A stretch of 64,000 bases of DNA, from assembly GCA_028534125.1 (NCBI GenBank), contig CM052827.1, positions 39,866,001 through 39,930,000 of the forward strand. The letters run 5' to 3'. Under the pieces are notes generated by a model. That model was not told where the DNA came from and did not search any database. It saw only the letters and a program-made list of their open reading frames with translations. Source of the DNA: Lama glama (lineage: Eukaryota). The translations under genes and the position numbers were made by a program. Shown here piece after piece: positions 46,919 through 60,102 of the stretch. Position 1 is the first letter of the stretch. The number at the start of each line of letters is the position of its first letter.

Positions 46919-49900
46919 GTGAGGCCTGCGGCTGCGAGCGCGCGGGCCCCCAGCTGTCGCCTGTGCTGGGGCGGGGGCGGGGATCTTCCTACCTTCCGGC
47001 GTCCATGTTGGTGTCTTTGGTAACATTGCCCAGCCCCTCCCCCCTTTGACATCGGGGTAAGATTGTACCGTTTACTAATCTCTTTAATTCACTTTTCCAA
47101 TAATTGACGTGATCCGATATTCAAAAGGTACAAAAAATATGGAGAATTCTCCCGTTTCCTGCCCACCAGCTACGCAGTTTTTCCCCCCATAGGCAACGGG
47201 GAACCAGCCTTTTTGGTATCTTTTCAGAGATATTTCACAGACTCGTTTTAAAAAATATTTTTCCTGTATTCGGGTAGATTGAATATAGGCCGTTTTAAAG
47301 CTATGTCGGCCTAAGATGTTTTAATATCTTAGGTTAAATGAATGCATATTCACATAAGAAGGTTCTTAATAATTGGAAGTCACTTCTGCTTTCGCTCAGG
47401 TAAAGTGAGTTTTTAAAGCAGTTGACTGTTGGGATTCAGGTGTGATAGAACTGTGCAAAGCTGTTAAGGTGCTTCGCTTCTGATACAACGGATATTGACA
47501 GCTTAAACGGACAGACTCTTGTTTAATGAGGCCTATTTCTTTCCCACTTTCCTTCTCTCGCATGTGGCTGCTCTGCATAACAGTTGAAGTCTGGGGAGGT
47601 AAACTATTTTCTCCTGTTCAGTATGCTTAATAGGAGTTTTGGTAAAGTGACATTTGAGATTCATTCATTGAACAGATATTTGAGTGCTAGACACCTATCC
47701 TGCTGGCATATAACAATAAATATAAATTTCTGCGGCCATGGAGCTTAACACGCCAGCTGGGCAGTGATAAGTGCTATACAGAAAAATAAATCAGGGTTGG
47801 GACTGAGGAGGAGGTTGTTTTCTGCTGGGTAAGAAGGGAAAGTTACTATTACAAGTTGAAAACATGAGCAGAGAGAAAAGGAAATGAAAGATGTAGCCAG
47901 GTGATTATCTGAGGGAGTGTTCCAGGCTGAGGGAATAGTAAGTGCAAAGGTCCTGAGGTGGGAGTTTGGCTGATGTGTTCTTGTAGCAACAGATCAGTGT
48001 GGCTGGAATGGAGTAAGCAAGAGGGAGAGTTCTAGGAGAGAAGACAGGGCTATGTGTACGCGTGAAGGAGATCATGTAGGGACTTGATTTTAAGTCAACG
48101 GTGTGGAGATGGCTGGTGGACCAGTTGGAACTTGGGACAAGATTAATCTGGATTCACCCTATCAGTGTTTTGATGGTCACATATTTAAATGTAAAAATTA
48201 AAATCCTAAAGTGATCAGGAGAAAATGTGGATAAATGTCCTTTTTAATAGTAGTATGTTGATAGTCCTGAAACCAGGAAAACTAAGAAAACATATTTGAT
48301 TACTTAAAATTGAAAGCTACTCTTGATAAAGCCAGAGGACAAACTGGAAAAATATTTCCAATACATTGCAACAGAGTTAATTTCCTTAATGTCCAAAGAG
48401 CTTGCGGAAGTAAGTAAGTAAAACTACTAGAAAGATGACTAAAAGAAATGGAACAGGAAATTTCCAGAAAAGGAAGTCAATAAATGACTAATAGGCAAGT
48501 AGAGAAATACTGTGATTAAGTAAAAATAAATTAGATCCTGAGCAGAGGACCAATACAAGCCATGCCTGGACTTCTGAACCCATGGAAATAAATGTGTGTG
48601 GTGGTACTTTTTCAGAAAAGTGATCAGAGCAAGGGAATACCATATTTTATCCATCAGATTGGCAAAAATTAACACAATGGGTAATGACCTGAGTTAATGA
48701 GGTATAGAAAACGAGTACATTATTAATAGAAGGAAATTGGTACAATTTTTTTGAAGGGAATTTTGATACCATCTGACAACATTTAAAATGTGTGTTTTCT
48801 TAAACATGGTAATACTGCTCCTAAGAATTTACCTTACAGATACGCTCAGGATGTAAAAGAGTACATAATGAAAAGTAAGTCTCCCTGCTCCCCACCCCCT
48901 CCCCTGCCTCCATCCCCAGAGACACCCACTGATTGTATCATCCCCAGTCCATGTCCTTTTGCTCATAGTAACACTAGCACACTAGATATCAGTTAGTTCT
49001 GCAGTTTGCTTTCTTTTTTTAACTTAATAGATCTTGAAGGTTTTGTGTGTACATTATTTGCCTCGTTTTTTTCTTGTTCATTGCATTGTTTTATTTTGTG
49101 AGCCATAATACTTTATATTACAGAAAATTTCAAACATTTACAGAAGTAGAAAAAATAGTATAATAAACTATACTGCAAGTACTCATCACCCAACTTCACC
49201 TGATTATAGTTCATGACCAAGTTTTTCGTCTGTACCTTTCATCCTGACTTCTGGGATTATTTTGAAGCCAGTGCCAGGCATCATCCCATTTTATCTATTT
49301 CAGCATGTATTACTACCATGTATTACTAAAAGATAAGGCTTCTTTTTAAAAATTTATGTAAGATAAAATTGACTTACTTTGATATACAATTAGGTATTTA
49401 AAATTAAAAAATGTTTATTATTAAACATACATTGCATAAAATTTACCATTTGAGTCATTTTTTTAAGTGTTCAGTTCAGTAGCATTAAGTACATTCACAT
49501 GTGATGCTGTTGTCACCACCATCCACATCTGGAACATTTTCATCTTCCAGAGCTGAAACTCATACCCATTAAACACCAACCCCACATTCTTCCCTTCCCC
49601 AGCCCCTGGCAACCACCATTATGCTCTCTGTCTTTTGAATTTGATCTTTAGGTACCTCATGTGAGTGGAATCATACACTGTTTATCCTTTTGTACCTGGC
49701 TTTCTTTACTTAATGTTTTCAAGGCTAATCCATGTTATAGCACGTGTGAGAATTTCGTTTCTTTTTCAGGTGGGAAANNNNNNNNNNNNNNNNNNNNNNN
49801 NNNNNNNNNNNNNNNNNNNNNNNNNNNNNNNNNNNNNNNNNNNNNNNNNNNNNNNNNNNNNNNNNNNNNNNNNNNNNNNNNNNNNNNNNNNNNNNNNNNN

Positions 49901-52673
49901 NNNNNNNNNNNNNNNNNNNNNNNNNNNACTCAAGTGGAATTGCTGTATCATTTGGTAATTATATGTTTAATATTTTGAGGGGCTGCCATACAGTTTTCCA
50001 GTTACGGGTTTTAACACATGTATAGATTTGTGTAACCATCACCAAAATCAGGATTCAGAACAGTTCCATCACAAAAAAGTCCCTCGTGTTGCCCTTTAGT
50101 AGTCAGTTTATGTTAAGTGGAAAAGAGCAGAGTTAAATTCTCAGAGAACAAAGAGTAAAAGGGAAGCAGGAGGATGTTTAGCCTTCAGATGACCTCCTTT
50201 CTGTAGACGGTATGTGGTAGATTGTGATAGACACCTCCTCCCCACCCACATCTGTCTTCAGCTAGGAGAGCTGCCTTACCCAAGGCCCTGTCATCTTAAG
50301 CTAGCATCCAGTGACTGATCTATGCAACATTACAACATCTTGGCTCCCTTGCCCCAACTAGGTCAACTCTGAAGAGCCTTCTTATCTCCAGACTTCCCCA
50401 TGGTTTCATTTGAGACCTTGTTGGAACTCTTCCACAGCTCAACTTCTCTGCCCACTCCTGCTTTCTTCTCTTCAGCAGGAAGACTTCCTAATCAGCACCT
50501 TACATGTTGATCTCCATCTCAGGATCTGCTTTCCAGAGAACCCAATTTATAGCACAGTTTTGTTAATTTACAAAATCTATAAATAAAAATCAAAAAATTA
50601 ATTAGCTTGGAATATTTTTATTTTACATATCAGAACTTAGGAAACTATCACCATTTTTATAGTACAACTTTTCAGAAGTGAGAGTAGAAATTATTCAACA
50701 TGTGTGTCTTATGTTTTTCTTACCCTTCTGCTCAGAATCAGTTGTCTTCTAATTCTAATAGAAAAAAAGTGTGGGCTCACTTCTGGCCCAGAGCTCATAA
50801 AGTGTTTACTATATTTTTGATTTCTGTAAGAGGTTAATTCAAATCTGGTGCTGTTCTCTTTAATAGAACCACAGAATAAGAGAACTCCAGACTTGCCTGA
50901 AGAAGAATTTGTAAAAGAAGAGATCAAGGAGAATGAAGAAGCCGTCAAAAAGATGCTTGTAGAAGCTACCCGGGAGTTTGAGAAGATTGTGGTATGTTAA
51001 CTAGATTTAACTCATATTTTTCCCTTACATCCATTCTCCTCTTTGAAATTGCTCATCCCATTTGAGGCTCAGAAAGGTACAAGAGAAGTTCACAATGAAA
51101 GAAAACAATGGAAAGTGGGACTGATCTAGGTTTCAGGCATGTAGTTTTTAGTTTTTGGTATGACAATTTAAGGAGGGGAAGAGGGAGAAAGATTGGGGAG
51201 AATTATTTTTAAACAGTATAAGGGATCTCATTTTGAATAGTTTGATCTCAGTGTAAGTTTTTCTAAGTTAAGATGACAGATTTTAAATTTGTTTTTATAA
51301 TTGTTTTTATGCTTTTCAGGTAAAAATAATGTAATTTCTTAAAGAGTTTAATTTTTTTTTATAAAGCAATTTTAGCTTTTTTTGTGTACTTAAAGCTTTT
51401 TTAGACTTTTTTAGCTCTTCCATATTTAGTTAGCTTCTAATACTTTGTTGGAATCCCACATTTAATCATAGAGAAAGGCAATCATAAAATAATGAGTAGT
51501 AAATGTGAATTATACTTGCATATTTCTCTAAGAAAAAAGATCCATTAACTTTTCTTACTAATACCAAGGAAAATGGTTAGGCCCCAGTCTAAAATAGGAA
51601 AATAATTTAAAGTTCATTTAATTGAAAGTTGGTTCATTTTCCATAAACTTTCAAGTACTCTCAACAACCCTCAAATATGGCTTACATAGATCTCTTCTCA
51701 CATACCTGCTTTGTAATGTGCCTAAATGTAGTACAGCATGGTGGCCTTAATGTAGTCATACAGCAGTGTTTTTTGAGTACTTCTTATTTGAAGGCGTTGG
51801 TCTGCACTGAAGATGTGGTGATGAGCAAAACAAATATATTTCCTGCCCTTATGGAGCTTATAATCTGAGAGTGAAGTCAAATTTTTAACAAATAATCTAA
51901 TGCGTAGATATGTACACAGATGTATGCATATACATATATTTTTCATATTTAGTGTAGCTTATATTCTGTTGAAATACCATAATCACACATGCACATATAT
52001 ACATTCATATGCACACACAGGCACATATAAACTCCATACACATACTCCCCCTTACCCTCATGCACATATCTTTATATACACATAAATCCACATATGCACA
52101 CACATCCAACATGAGTAAATATAAGAAGAAACATAGCACATTAGAGGAACTGAAGGATGTCTAGAGTCATTGGGGTGAAAAGAGCAAGGAGGTGGTAGTT
52201 GGGAGAGACCATATATTGCAAGAGTAAGTGTTCGTGATTGGTAATTAGGAGCTGGTCGTGTTTATCACTTTCTCTAGGTGGACGAGAGCCCTGATTTTGA
52301 AATACACATAACAATGTGTGATGATGATCCACCTACACCTGAGGAAGACTCAGAAACACAGCCTGATGAGGAGGAGGAAGAAGAGAAAGTTTCTGCACCA
52401 GAGGTGGGAGCTGCCATTAAGATCATCCGGCAGTTAATGGAAAAGTTTAACTTGGATCTGTCAACAGTTACACAGGCCTTCCTAAAAAATAGTGGTGAGC
52501 TGGAGGCTACTTCCTCCTTTTTAGAGTCTGGTCAAAGGGCTGATGGGTATCCCATTTGGTCCCGACAGGATGACTTAGATTTGCAAAAAGATGATGAGAG
52601 TACCCGAGATGCATTGGTCAAAAAATTTGGTGCTCAGAATGTAGCTCGGAGGATTGAATTTCGCAAGAAATAA
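46243..52673 (+). CDS. TERF2IP: Telomeric repeat-binding factor 2-interacting protein (RAP1), full spliced CDS span, 3 exons, 1197 nt, 398 aa
   Basis: Exons 46243-46918, 50867-50991, 52278-52673. MAEAMDLGKDPNGPTHSSTLF start, BRCT domain, Myb domain (HSWQSLKDRYLK), acidic tract, RCT domain ending RRIEFRKK*. Confidence 0.97.
47660..48090 (-). mobile_element. L2 3' end
   Basis: ttcattcattgaacagatatttgagtgc...agtgcaaaggtcctgaggtggga. Confidence 0.7.
49410..50100 (-). mobile_element. L1MB-like 3' end (contains an N gap)
   Basis: aaaatttaccattt...gttcagtagcattaagtacattcaca consensus. Confidence 0.78.
50212..50555 (+). mobile_element. ERVL LTR16-like LTR
   Basis: Ends ctccatctcaggatctgctttccagagaaccca. 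Confidence 0.65.
50867..50991 (+). CDS. TERF2IP: TERF2IP exon 2 (EPQNKRTPDLPEEEF...FEKIV)
   Basis: 125 nt, TAG acceptor, GTATGT donor; translated by hand. Confidence 0.95.
52278..52673 (+). CDS. TERF2IP: TERF2IP exon 3 coding part (RCT domain)
   Basis: TAG acceptor at 52276-52277; TAA stop at 52671-52673. Confidence 0.96.
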   Translation: MDESPDFEIHITMCDDDPPTPEEDSETQPDEEEEEEKVSAPEVGAAIKIIRQLMEKFNLDLSTVTQAFLKNSGELEATSSFLESGQRADGYPIWSRQDDLDLQKDDESTRDALVKKFGAQNVARRIEFRKK

Positions 52674-53485
52674 TTGGCACAAGATAATGAGAAAAGAAAA
52701 AATGTGTGGCAGGTAAGGCATTAAAAAAAAAATTTGTGACCATTGAACTTCAGAGATTCTTACGTTGGAAATGACCTTCTCTTTTGACCAATGCTGCTGT
52801 TGCTCTGTGAGTCCTAGATTTTGTAGCTAAGCAGAGTTGTGTAGGAGGATAAAAATAAAAGAAAGTGGATATATTTAGAGCTGTCCCTGGCAGTTATCAG
52901 TGTGTTTATGAAAGGAAAGTTGAAACCAGAGAGAGATTGGTCTACATAGTAGTAATCCTTTTTTGGAATGGAATCCTTGCTATATTGGTGACAGGAGTGA
53001 CAAAATCAAAGGAGGAAAATTAGATGGGTCTTTTTAGGCAGCATGAATAAAGAGCCTCCTATCCTTTGGCAGAAGCTCCTCTGGATTGTGATAGATTCCA
53101 AATTAAGAATCTAGAAATGTGGAAAGATTTAATTACAACGCCCTGAACATTGACTGTCCCAAACCCTTGTATCCTCCAGTGAGCTCTGATTTCTAGACTA
53201 CTTTGAAAACTCCATATTCCTTTTGCCAACTTGATATTTGGGGACCCTGTTCCTTGGCTCTTCTTTTCTTTGAGTCTGGGTTGGTTAAGTCTCTAGCATG
53301 TGTTTCTTTACCTACCGTCCAGTTGTGTTTAAAACACACACAAAACTCTTATAGAGAGTCTTGAGAAAAGTCTGCGTGGGTACTTAGTAATGTGTTTTTA
53401 TTTATTGAGGATAGTTTTGTGCTAAAGACTATTAGATTTAAAAATTAGAGGATTAATTCTTTGTTGTGTTGCTTTCATTATTGAA

Positions 53486-53491
53486 AATAAA
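53486..53491 (+). terminator. TERF2IP: Probable distal TERF2IP poly(A) signal (other AATAAA at 52854 and 53046)
   Basis: AATAAA followed by a GT/T-rich downstream element. Confidence 0.55.
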
Positions 53492-53757
53492 TAGAACTTT
53501 GTATTTGAGTCTCCAATAAGTGTTTTCTTTGATTGTTTCACAGAACCTTTTAGTTATAAAAACCATAAAGGAACTAACATTTTTGGCTCTTAGTAATTAG
53601 AACTAATAAGGGATTCCACTTTAGAGCTAGTAGGCCACTAGAAAGAATCTGTTTCTTCTGGTTGGAGCAAAGAGATCTGTGCCAAGGACTGAAAGATGGC
53701 ATAACAAGGTGACCTGCTGAGAGCCAAAGGGGAGAGAAGCCAATAAGGAACCATCAG

Positions 53758-54212
53758 GTGTGTAACAGAAGGTGTCAGTGCCCTTCCCAGATCCCGAGTG
53801 ATCACCTTTCCAGCACATGCCCTCAACAGGAGTCTTGTGGCAAGCATCTGCTTGAGGTTCTGTCTCTGCTCGATGTGCTCTGGAGTTAATGCCTCTGAGA
53901 GCGGCTTTCAGCTAATGGTGAATGGGAATCAGGATGCAAACCCAGTTGCTTTGCTGACCAGAGAAATGACAGCTGAATATTTTAGTAACCCCCTGAGTCA
54001 GACAGTGGTTTCCATGCCATCTTTTAGAGGCTGCCACTAGAAGAAAACATGTGGTATTCATATGCACATGCCCAGAATGGTATGAATGTACCTGCACAGG
54101 CCTCTTTCTCTTATTTCACATCCGTCCTTTCCTATTAGTGCATCCTGGAATCATCGGTTACACTTAGATTCTTTCCTAAGAGTCTGCTTCTGGGGGAACC
54201 CAGCCTAAATCA
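53758..54212 (+). mobile_element. ERVL LTR33-like LTR
   Basis: gaaggtgtcagtgcccttcccagatccc...gtctgcttctgggggaacccagcctaa. Confidence 0.6.
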
Positions 54213-54699
54213 AAGCACTTAACCTTTTCCTCCTCCTTAGCGCATTGGAAGGATACAACACACTCTTGGTAATAACTGTAGCTCACTACAGTAGTGAGTC
54301 ATTTAAATGGGGATTGGGAGGGGTTGGGTGGTGGGTATTTAATTAAAATGTGTTCTCTGTTGTGATGTGACTCCAGGGTGGTTGAAGATCATTGCTTTAG
54401 GTAGGAAACAGAAATGTCATCCAGCGTGTCTGTACCTCAGTAAAGTCACCACAGCCTATTGATTTTACAGAGTGAGAAATTCCAGTTTTGTCAGTTATAA
54501 GCAAAAGGGTCTGATTTATTATACCCAGACTCCCAGAAGACATGTTTAAACCAAAACATGTAACAACCTATAGTGTTTATTATAAACCAGTAATTTTGAA
54601 ATACCTTGTTTTGTAATTTCTCTGGTCATTTCATCTCTTGGGTTGGGAGATATATGTGGGAAAACAAATTTTCAGAAGTATTTTTGGCAGCACAGATCT

Positions 54700-56200
54700 A
54701 AGTGGGGAAAATGAGTTGGGCCTTCATGGTTAATGGCATTGAGCTATGGCTGCATCTGCTCCAGACTATCATATCCTAAAGTTGAGATACTTCTGCCTTG
54801 AGCTGCCAGATTCTTGTTCTTTGGGTTTTCTTTCCTTGACTTCATGAGTCTGACTTTGCTTCTCTATCTGTGATTTGGGAGACATTTCTTACTCATTTTA
54901 GCTTTTGAATTCTGAAACTTCCTCTCTATTACCTCCTGGCTCCCCCTCATTCCGGCTTTTGACATTTTCTAGGCCTTAAATAACATGTACAACTTGATGA
55001 GCGGCAGAAACATTCTGTCTTCTCTTTCTCTGCAGCAGTGGGCTATGATTCTGATACTGTTTCCTTCTGTGCTCTATTCCTTTTAAGCAGGTACAGTTGA
55101 ATTTTAAAAGTTTGAGCTGCTGTTTGAATTGTTCTGATTCTCTTTCGCTTTTAGACTGATGTTATTTGCTGTATCTTAAGCCCCCCTGGCTGTATCGGTA
55201 AGGTGTATTTTGTTGCATGTAACAGAAAACCTAACTTTAAAGGACTTTAATCAATAAGGGGATTTATATTTTGTATATATAACAAGAAGTCCTGAGTTAG
55301 GGTGGCTTCAAGGTTCTATTTTTCTGCTCTGCCATCCTTAGCTTGTCCTGTAAGCTACTTCCCTTGTGGTTGAAAGGTGGCTGCTACAGCTCCAACAGCA
55401 GAAGAGGGAGAGTTTCCTTCTTTACTGGTGGGCAGCCTTTCTTAGAAGCCCCTCATAGACATCTCATTGGCCAGAATTATGGCACATGCCCCTTCCTAAC
55501 CCCATCTCTAAGCAGGATAAATGAAATGGACTTAGATTATTCAAGATCTGTTCTCCTTGGGCTGCAGATTGTGTATCCTTCCCTGGGAATATGGCCTGAA
55601 AGGGGAGAGCAAATACCAAATAAAAGTCCGCTAAGAATTTCCACTGTACCGACAAATCCTACTCACCTTCTTCAGGAGTAAGAGTATTCTACCCAGGAGT
55701 GGAATATTACTCATCATCAATCTGGACTTAACCTTTTGAGATCTTTTTTGTCTCATCTTCCCTATAACTTTTCTTACGTTTTTTGGTTTGCTGCTTGAGC
55801 ATGTTTTCTTACAGCAAATGCCATTTATGCTTCTATGAGTACTAATCAGTACCTTGACATTCAGTCTGCATATCTTCCTGGTCTTGCTCTCAAGTTCTGC
55901 AGCTTCTAGTATAGTTTTACCTGTAAACAAAGAAGGCTTCCCCAGTTCTTTCTTACGATTTTCTACCTGCGCTTTCAGTTTTGCTACTTTACTGGCTCTG
56001 GAATCTTTCTGGGGGATCTATCAGGTGGTTTTCTGAGCTCATCACTTGCCACCTTGGGCTGCCTGTGACTTGAGGTCATAAATTTGTATCCAAAGATTTG
56101 AAGAGCTCATTTGGGCTCTGTGGAAAAGCTTGCTGATGACTGTTTTGCCCAATCTGTATTTAATTGATAGCTCTTATCCACAATACAGATTTAATAAAAT
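54700..56200 (-). pseudogene. Heavily decayed intronless retrocopy resembling the MIA3 (TANGO1)/MIA2 (cTAGE5) coiled-coil, interrupted by an MLT1 LTR at about 55190-55630
   Basis: Hand translation across frameshifts gives ESEQFKQQLKLL, VSAAHQVV, IERKFQNSKAKMSKK, EQESGSSRQKYLNF, collinear with my recollection of MIA3/MIA2 CC2. Many stops. Not verified by alignment. Confidence 0.45.
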
Positions 56201-56380
56201 TATTTTGTAACATTTTTAAAGTTGGCAGTGGAAACTTTATAAATAGATTCTTACAGGTGTTAAAATAGTTAAACAAGGAGCCTGTTAGACTGGGGTGGCT
56301 CTAGTGCCTTTGATTGCCTCAAAAAGAAACCAAAACCTAAGCCAGAGTCAAGTGTGCTTGGATCTAAGAAAATGAAACTC

Positions 56381-58350
56381 GTTTCCAGTCAAGATGGTGG
56401 AGTAATAGGACCACAAGTTTGCTTCTCCTTACAACTACAGCAAAACCACAAATGACTGACGAAAAACTATCAAAAAAAATGGACTGTAACCTAGCAAAAA
56501 AAGATCTTCTTCAACTGGAAACATAAAGAGGGAACTACAACAGGAAGGTAGGAGGGGCATGTTTGCAATTTAATCAGGCCCCAAACCCCCCCTGGGTGGG
56601 CGACCCACAAGTTGAAGAATAGTTAAGTCGCAGAGGCCCTCCCACAGGAGTGAGTTCTAAGCCCCACTTCAGGTTCCTCAGCCCCGGGTTCCAGCATTGG
56701 GAGGAGGAGGAGACCATAGGACATCTGGTTTTGAAGGCTGATGGGGCTTAAAATCCAGGAGCCCCATAGGACTGGGAGAAACAGACTTCATTCTCCTGGA
56801 AAATGTACACAGAATCTTGCATGTGCCAGGTCCAAGGGTAGTGATTTCTTAGGAACCTGGGCCAGACCTGCCTGTTGGTTTTGGGGCGTCTCCTGGGGAG
56901 GTAGGGGATGGCTGCAGCTCACCCAGGAAACAAAAGCTGATGGCAGACATTCCAGAGTGTTTATCTACATGAGCTTTCCTGGAGGCTGATATCTTGATTG
57001 GATCATTAGTACCAAGACCTAGACCCACCCAACAGCCTATAGGCTTAAAGGCTGAGACACTTCAGGCCAAACAACATACTGGGTGAGAACACAGCCCCAC
57101 TTGTTAGCTGACTTCCTGAGCCACAAATGCCTTTAGACACAGCCCTATCCACTAGAGGTGCAGGACCAAGCTTCACTCAGCAGAGGGCAGGCACTGACTT
57201 CTGCCAGAAAACCTGCATAAGGCTTTAGGCCAGCCTCATACACCAGGCAGTGGATACCAGAAACAGGAAAACAATCCGCAAACACAGGCCAGACTCTACA
57301 CTGGGACTGGCTGAACCCTGGCCCTTGGGTGACAAGAGAGGAGTGTACTGCTGGGACACATAGGATGTCTCCCACAGAGGGCCACTGCTTCAAGGTCGAG
57401 AAACGTTAACTAACCTACCTGAAAATACAAATGGAAAGATAGACAATATGAGGTGGCAGAGGAATATCTTCTAGGCCAAGGCACAAGCTAAAATACTAGA
57501 AGAGGAAATAGGTGATGAGGAGATAGGCAGTTTAGAGAAAGAGTTTAAAGTAATAATGGCAAAGATGTTCAGAGAACTTAAGAGGAGTATAGTTGGACAG
57601 AATGAAGTTTTTAGCAAAGAGTTGGAAAATATAAAGAATACCCAAACAGATTTGAAGAATAAAATCACTGAAATGAATAACACACTAGAAGGAACCAAAG
57701 AACAGGCTAAATGATGTAGAACAGATCAATGAGCTAGCAGACTCAATGAGCTAGAAGATAGATGAGTGTAAATCAGTACTGATGAACAGAAAAAAGAATG
57801 AAAAGAAGTGAGGATATTTTTAGAGAACTCTGGAACAACATGAAACACATTATTGGGGTCTCAGAAAGAGAAGAGAGAGAGAGAGGACTTGAGAAAAATT
57901 TCGAAGAGATAATAACCAAAAACTTACCCAACTTGAGAAAGAAAGCAGTCACTCAAGTCCAGGAAGCACAGAGTTCCACAGAGGATCAACCCAAAGAGGA
58001 ACACACCAAGGCATATAATAATCAAATTGACAAAAATTAAAGATAGGAGAAAATATTAAAATTAGCAAGAGAAAAGCAATAAATAATATACAAGGGAACT
58101 CCATAAGGTTATCAGCTGATTTTTTAGCAGAAACTCTACAGGCCAGAAGGGAGTGGCACAATATATTTAAAGTGATGAAAGGGAAAAACTTAACAACCAA
58201 GAATACTCTTTATCGAGCAAGGCTCTCATTTAGATTTGATGGAGAAATCAAAAGCATCACAGATAAACGAAACCAGTTTTACAACAAATGTTAAAGAAAT
58301 TTCTCTAGTCATCAAACCACAAGAAAAGAGAATAAAAAGAATACAGAGAA
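56381..58350 (+). mobile_element. L1 5'UTR plus decayed ORF1, abutting an ERV LTR fragment (56258-56380)
   Basis: 5' end ttccagtcaagatgg; ORF1 ATG at about 57448; peptides RELWNNMKH, EEIITKNLPNL, IRLSADF. Confidence 0.85.
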
Positions 58351-58364
58351 AAAAAAGACCTACA

Positions 58365-58858
58365 AAAGATTGCTTTGGCACTTTGGGGTCTTTTACGGTT
58401 CCATATAAATTTTGGAATTGTTCTGTGATGAATGTCATGAGTATTTTGTCAGGGATTGCATTGGATCTTGTCAATTGCTTTAGGTAGTGTGGCCATTTTG
58501 ATAATGTTGATTCTTCCCATCCAAGAGCACAAGATATCTTTCCATTTCTTTGTATCATTTTTAATTTCCATCATCAGTGTTTTATAGTTTTCAGAGTATA
58601 GGTAACCTCCTCAGTTAAGTTTTTTTCTAGGTATTTTGTTGTTTTTGATGCAATGGAAATGTTTATGCAGTTATAAAATTCTGGTTTTTGAAGTGGAAAA
58701 AAAAGCGAATGAAGGGCTGTAAATGGTGAAATATCCTTTTTTATGGGTAAATTGTATTCCATTACATATATATACTACATCTTCTTTATCCATTCGTCTA
58801 TTGATGTACACTTATGATGCTTCCGTATATCGGCAATTATAAATAATATTGCTATTAT
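58365..58858 (-). mobile_element. Inverted L1 ORF2/3' fragments
   Basis: ccatataaattttggaattg...cttcccatccaagagcacaagatatctttcc; DEWIKKM peptide. Confidence 0.78.
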
Positions 58859-58865
58859 GGAAAAA

Positions 58866-59119
58866 AAGAAACTCAAGAAGAGGAAATTTGGATACACAAA
58901 GAGGCACCATCGGGGCGTGCACGCAGAGGAAGGGCCATGCAAGCAAGGACACAGGGCGAAGATGGCCATCAGCACTGCAGAGATAGACTGGAAGAAATCA
59001 AACGTGCAGACACTCAGATCATGGGACTTCTAGGCTCCAGAACTGTGAGAAAATAAACTTCTATTGTTTAAGCCACCTGGTCTAATATTTTGTTAAAGTG
59101 GTCCTAGAAAGCTAATATA
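58866..59119 (+). mobile_element. MaLR MLT1B-like LTR 3' half
   Basis: aagaagaggaaatttggatacaca...ccagaactgtgagaaaataaacttctattgtttaagccacc. Confidence 0.8.
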
Positions 59120-60010
59120 ATAGCAAACTGAGTTTTAAAGGGAGTAAATTGCCTGGATTGGGGAAAGACCTAATGCCTCTCTCATGAGTCTTAATGTCCA
59201 GGTCTTGAGACCACACCTCTACTTCACTGGGTAGATTAAACAAGGCTGGCTGTATGGGCCAGGGTGACCAGCGAGGGTCAGATGAACTGTAGGATACGCT
59301 GAATTCTTTAAACATTTACACCCTCATTTACAGCATTTACACCCTCATAAACTTGTATCTCTTGGGTTCATATATATATATGTATATACACATATGTATA
59401 TATACATATTGTAGATAAAGGTATAAAACATTTAGTCCTTTGTCAGGTGCCTTTGTTTTTATAGAGTATAGTTGATGATAAATCCTTTCCCCACTTCCCA
59501 GCCCTTTCTCTGTCCTTATTTTTATACCTTCCCCCTTCCCTCCAGGAACTCACGGGAAATGCTATTTTTAGTCCATAGTGTCACGCTCAGTACGTGCCTT
59601 TCCCCAGTTCATCTTTCCCTCCTTTTCTGAATATGGCTCCTTCAATAGGTCTCTGGTGAGAGCCAGCAGGTCCCAGTTTCATCTTTGGGGTCTCTTTCCT
59701 CCCGGATGCTCTGATGTTAGTACTGCCTTTTCCAGATCTGATCACTCTCTCCTTGTGGTAAGGCTGCAGGGTGTTCACACCACCTGGTGGCCAGGGGCCT
59801 ACATTATTTGTGTCTCTGTCCCTCTTAGTAACAAACAATAAAGGTAATTGTAGTAAAGCCATATCACTTTAAAATGCTTTTGGTTCTTGTTAGGGGGATT
59901 TCTGTGAATGGGAATGCTGGTTACACACATTTAATATTGTAAAAAATGTATTTAAGTAATGGGAATAAAGCAATAGCTCCAATTACTTAAAGTTCAACCT
60001 CACAAGATGT

Positions 60011-60102
60011 ATTTTTGTTAATGGAGGTACTGGGGATTAAACCCAGGACCTTGTACATGCTAAGCATGTGTTCTACCACTGAGCAACCACCACCCCTTCC
60101 CC
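60011..60102 (-). mobile_element. tRNA-Ala-derived SINE (Vic-1 type)
   Basis: Reverse complement reads GCTCAGTGGTAGAACACATGCTTAGCATGTACAAGGTCCTGGGTTTAATCCCCAGTACCTCCA; flanked by acaagat repeats. Confidence 0.85.

Noticed and set aside
59578-59862. ORF pair with faint resemblance to the DUXB C-terminal region
   Set aside because: Only a few residues match across frames, stops are present, and there is no homeobox exon in the window.
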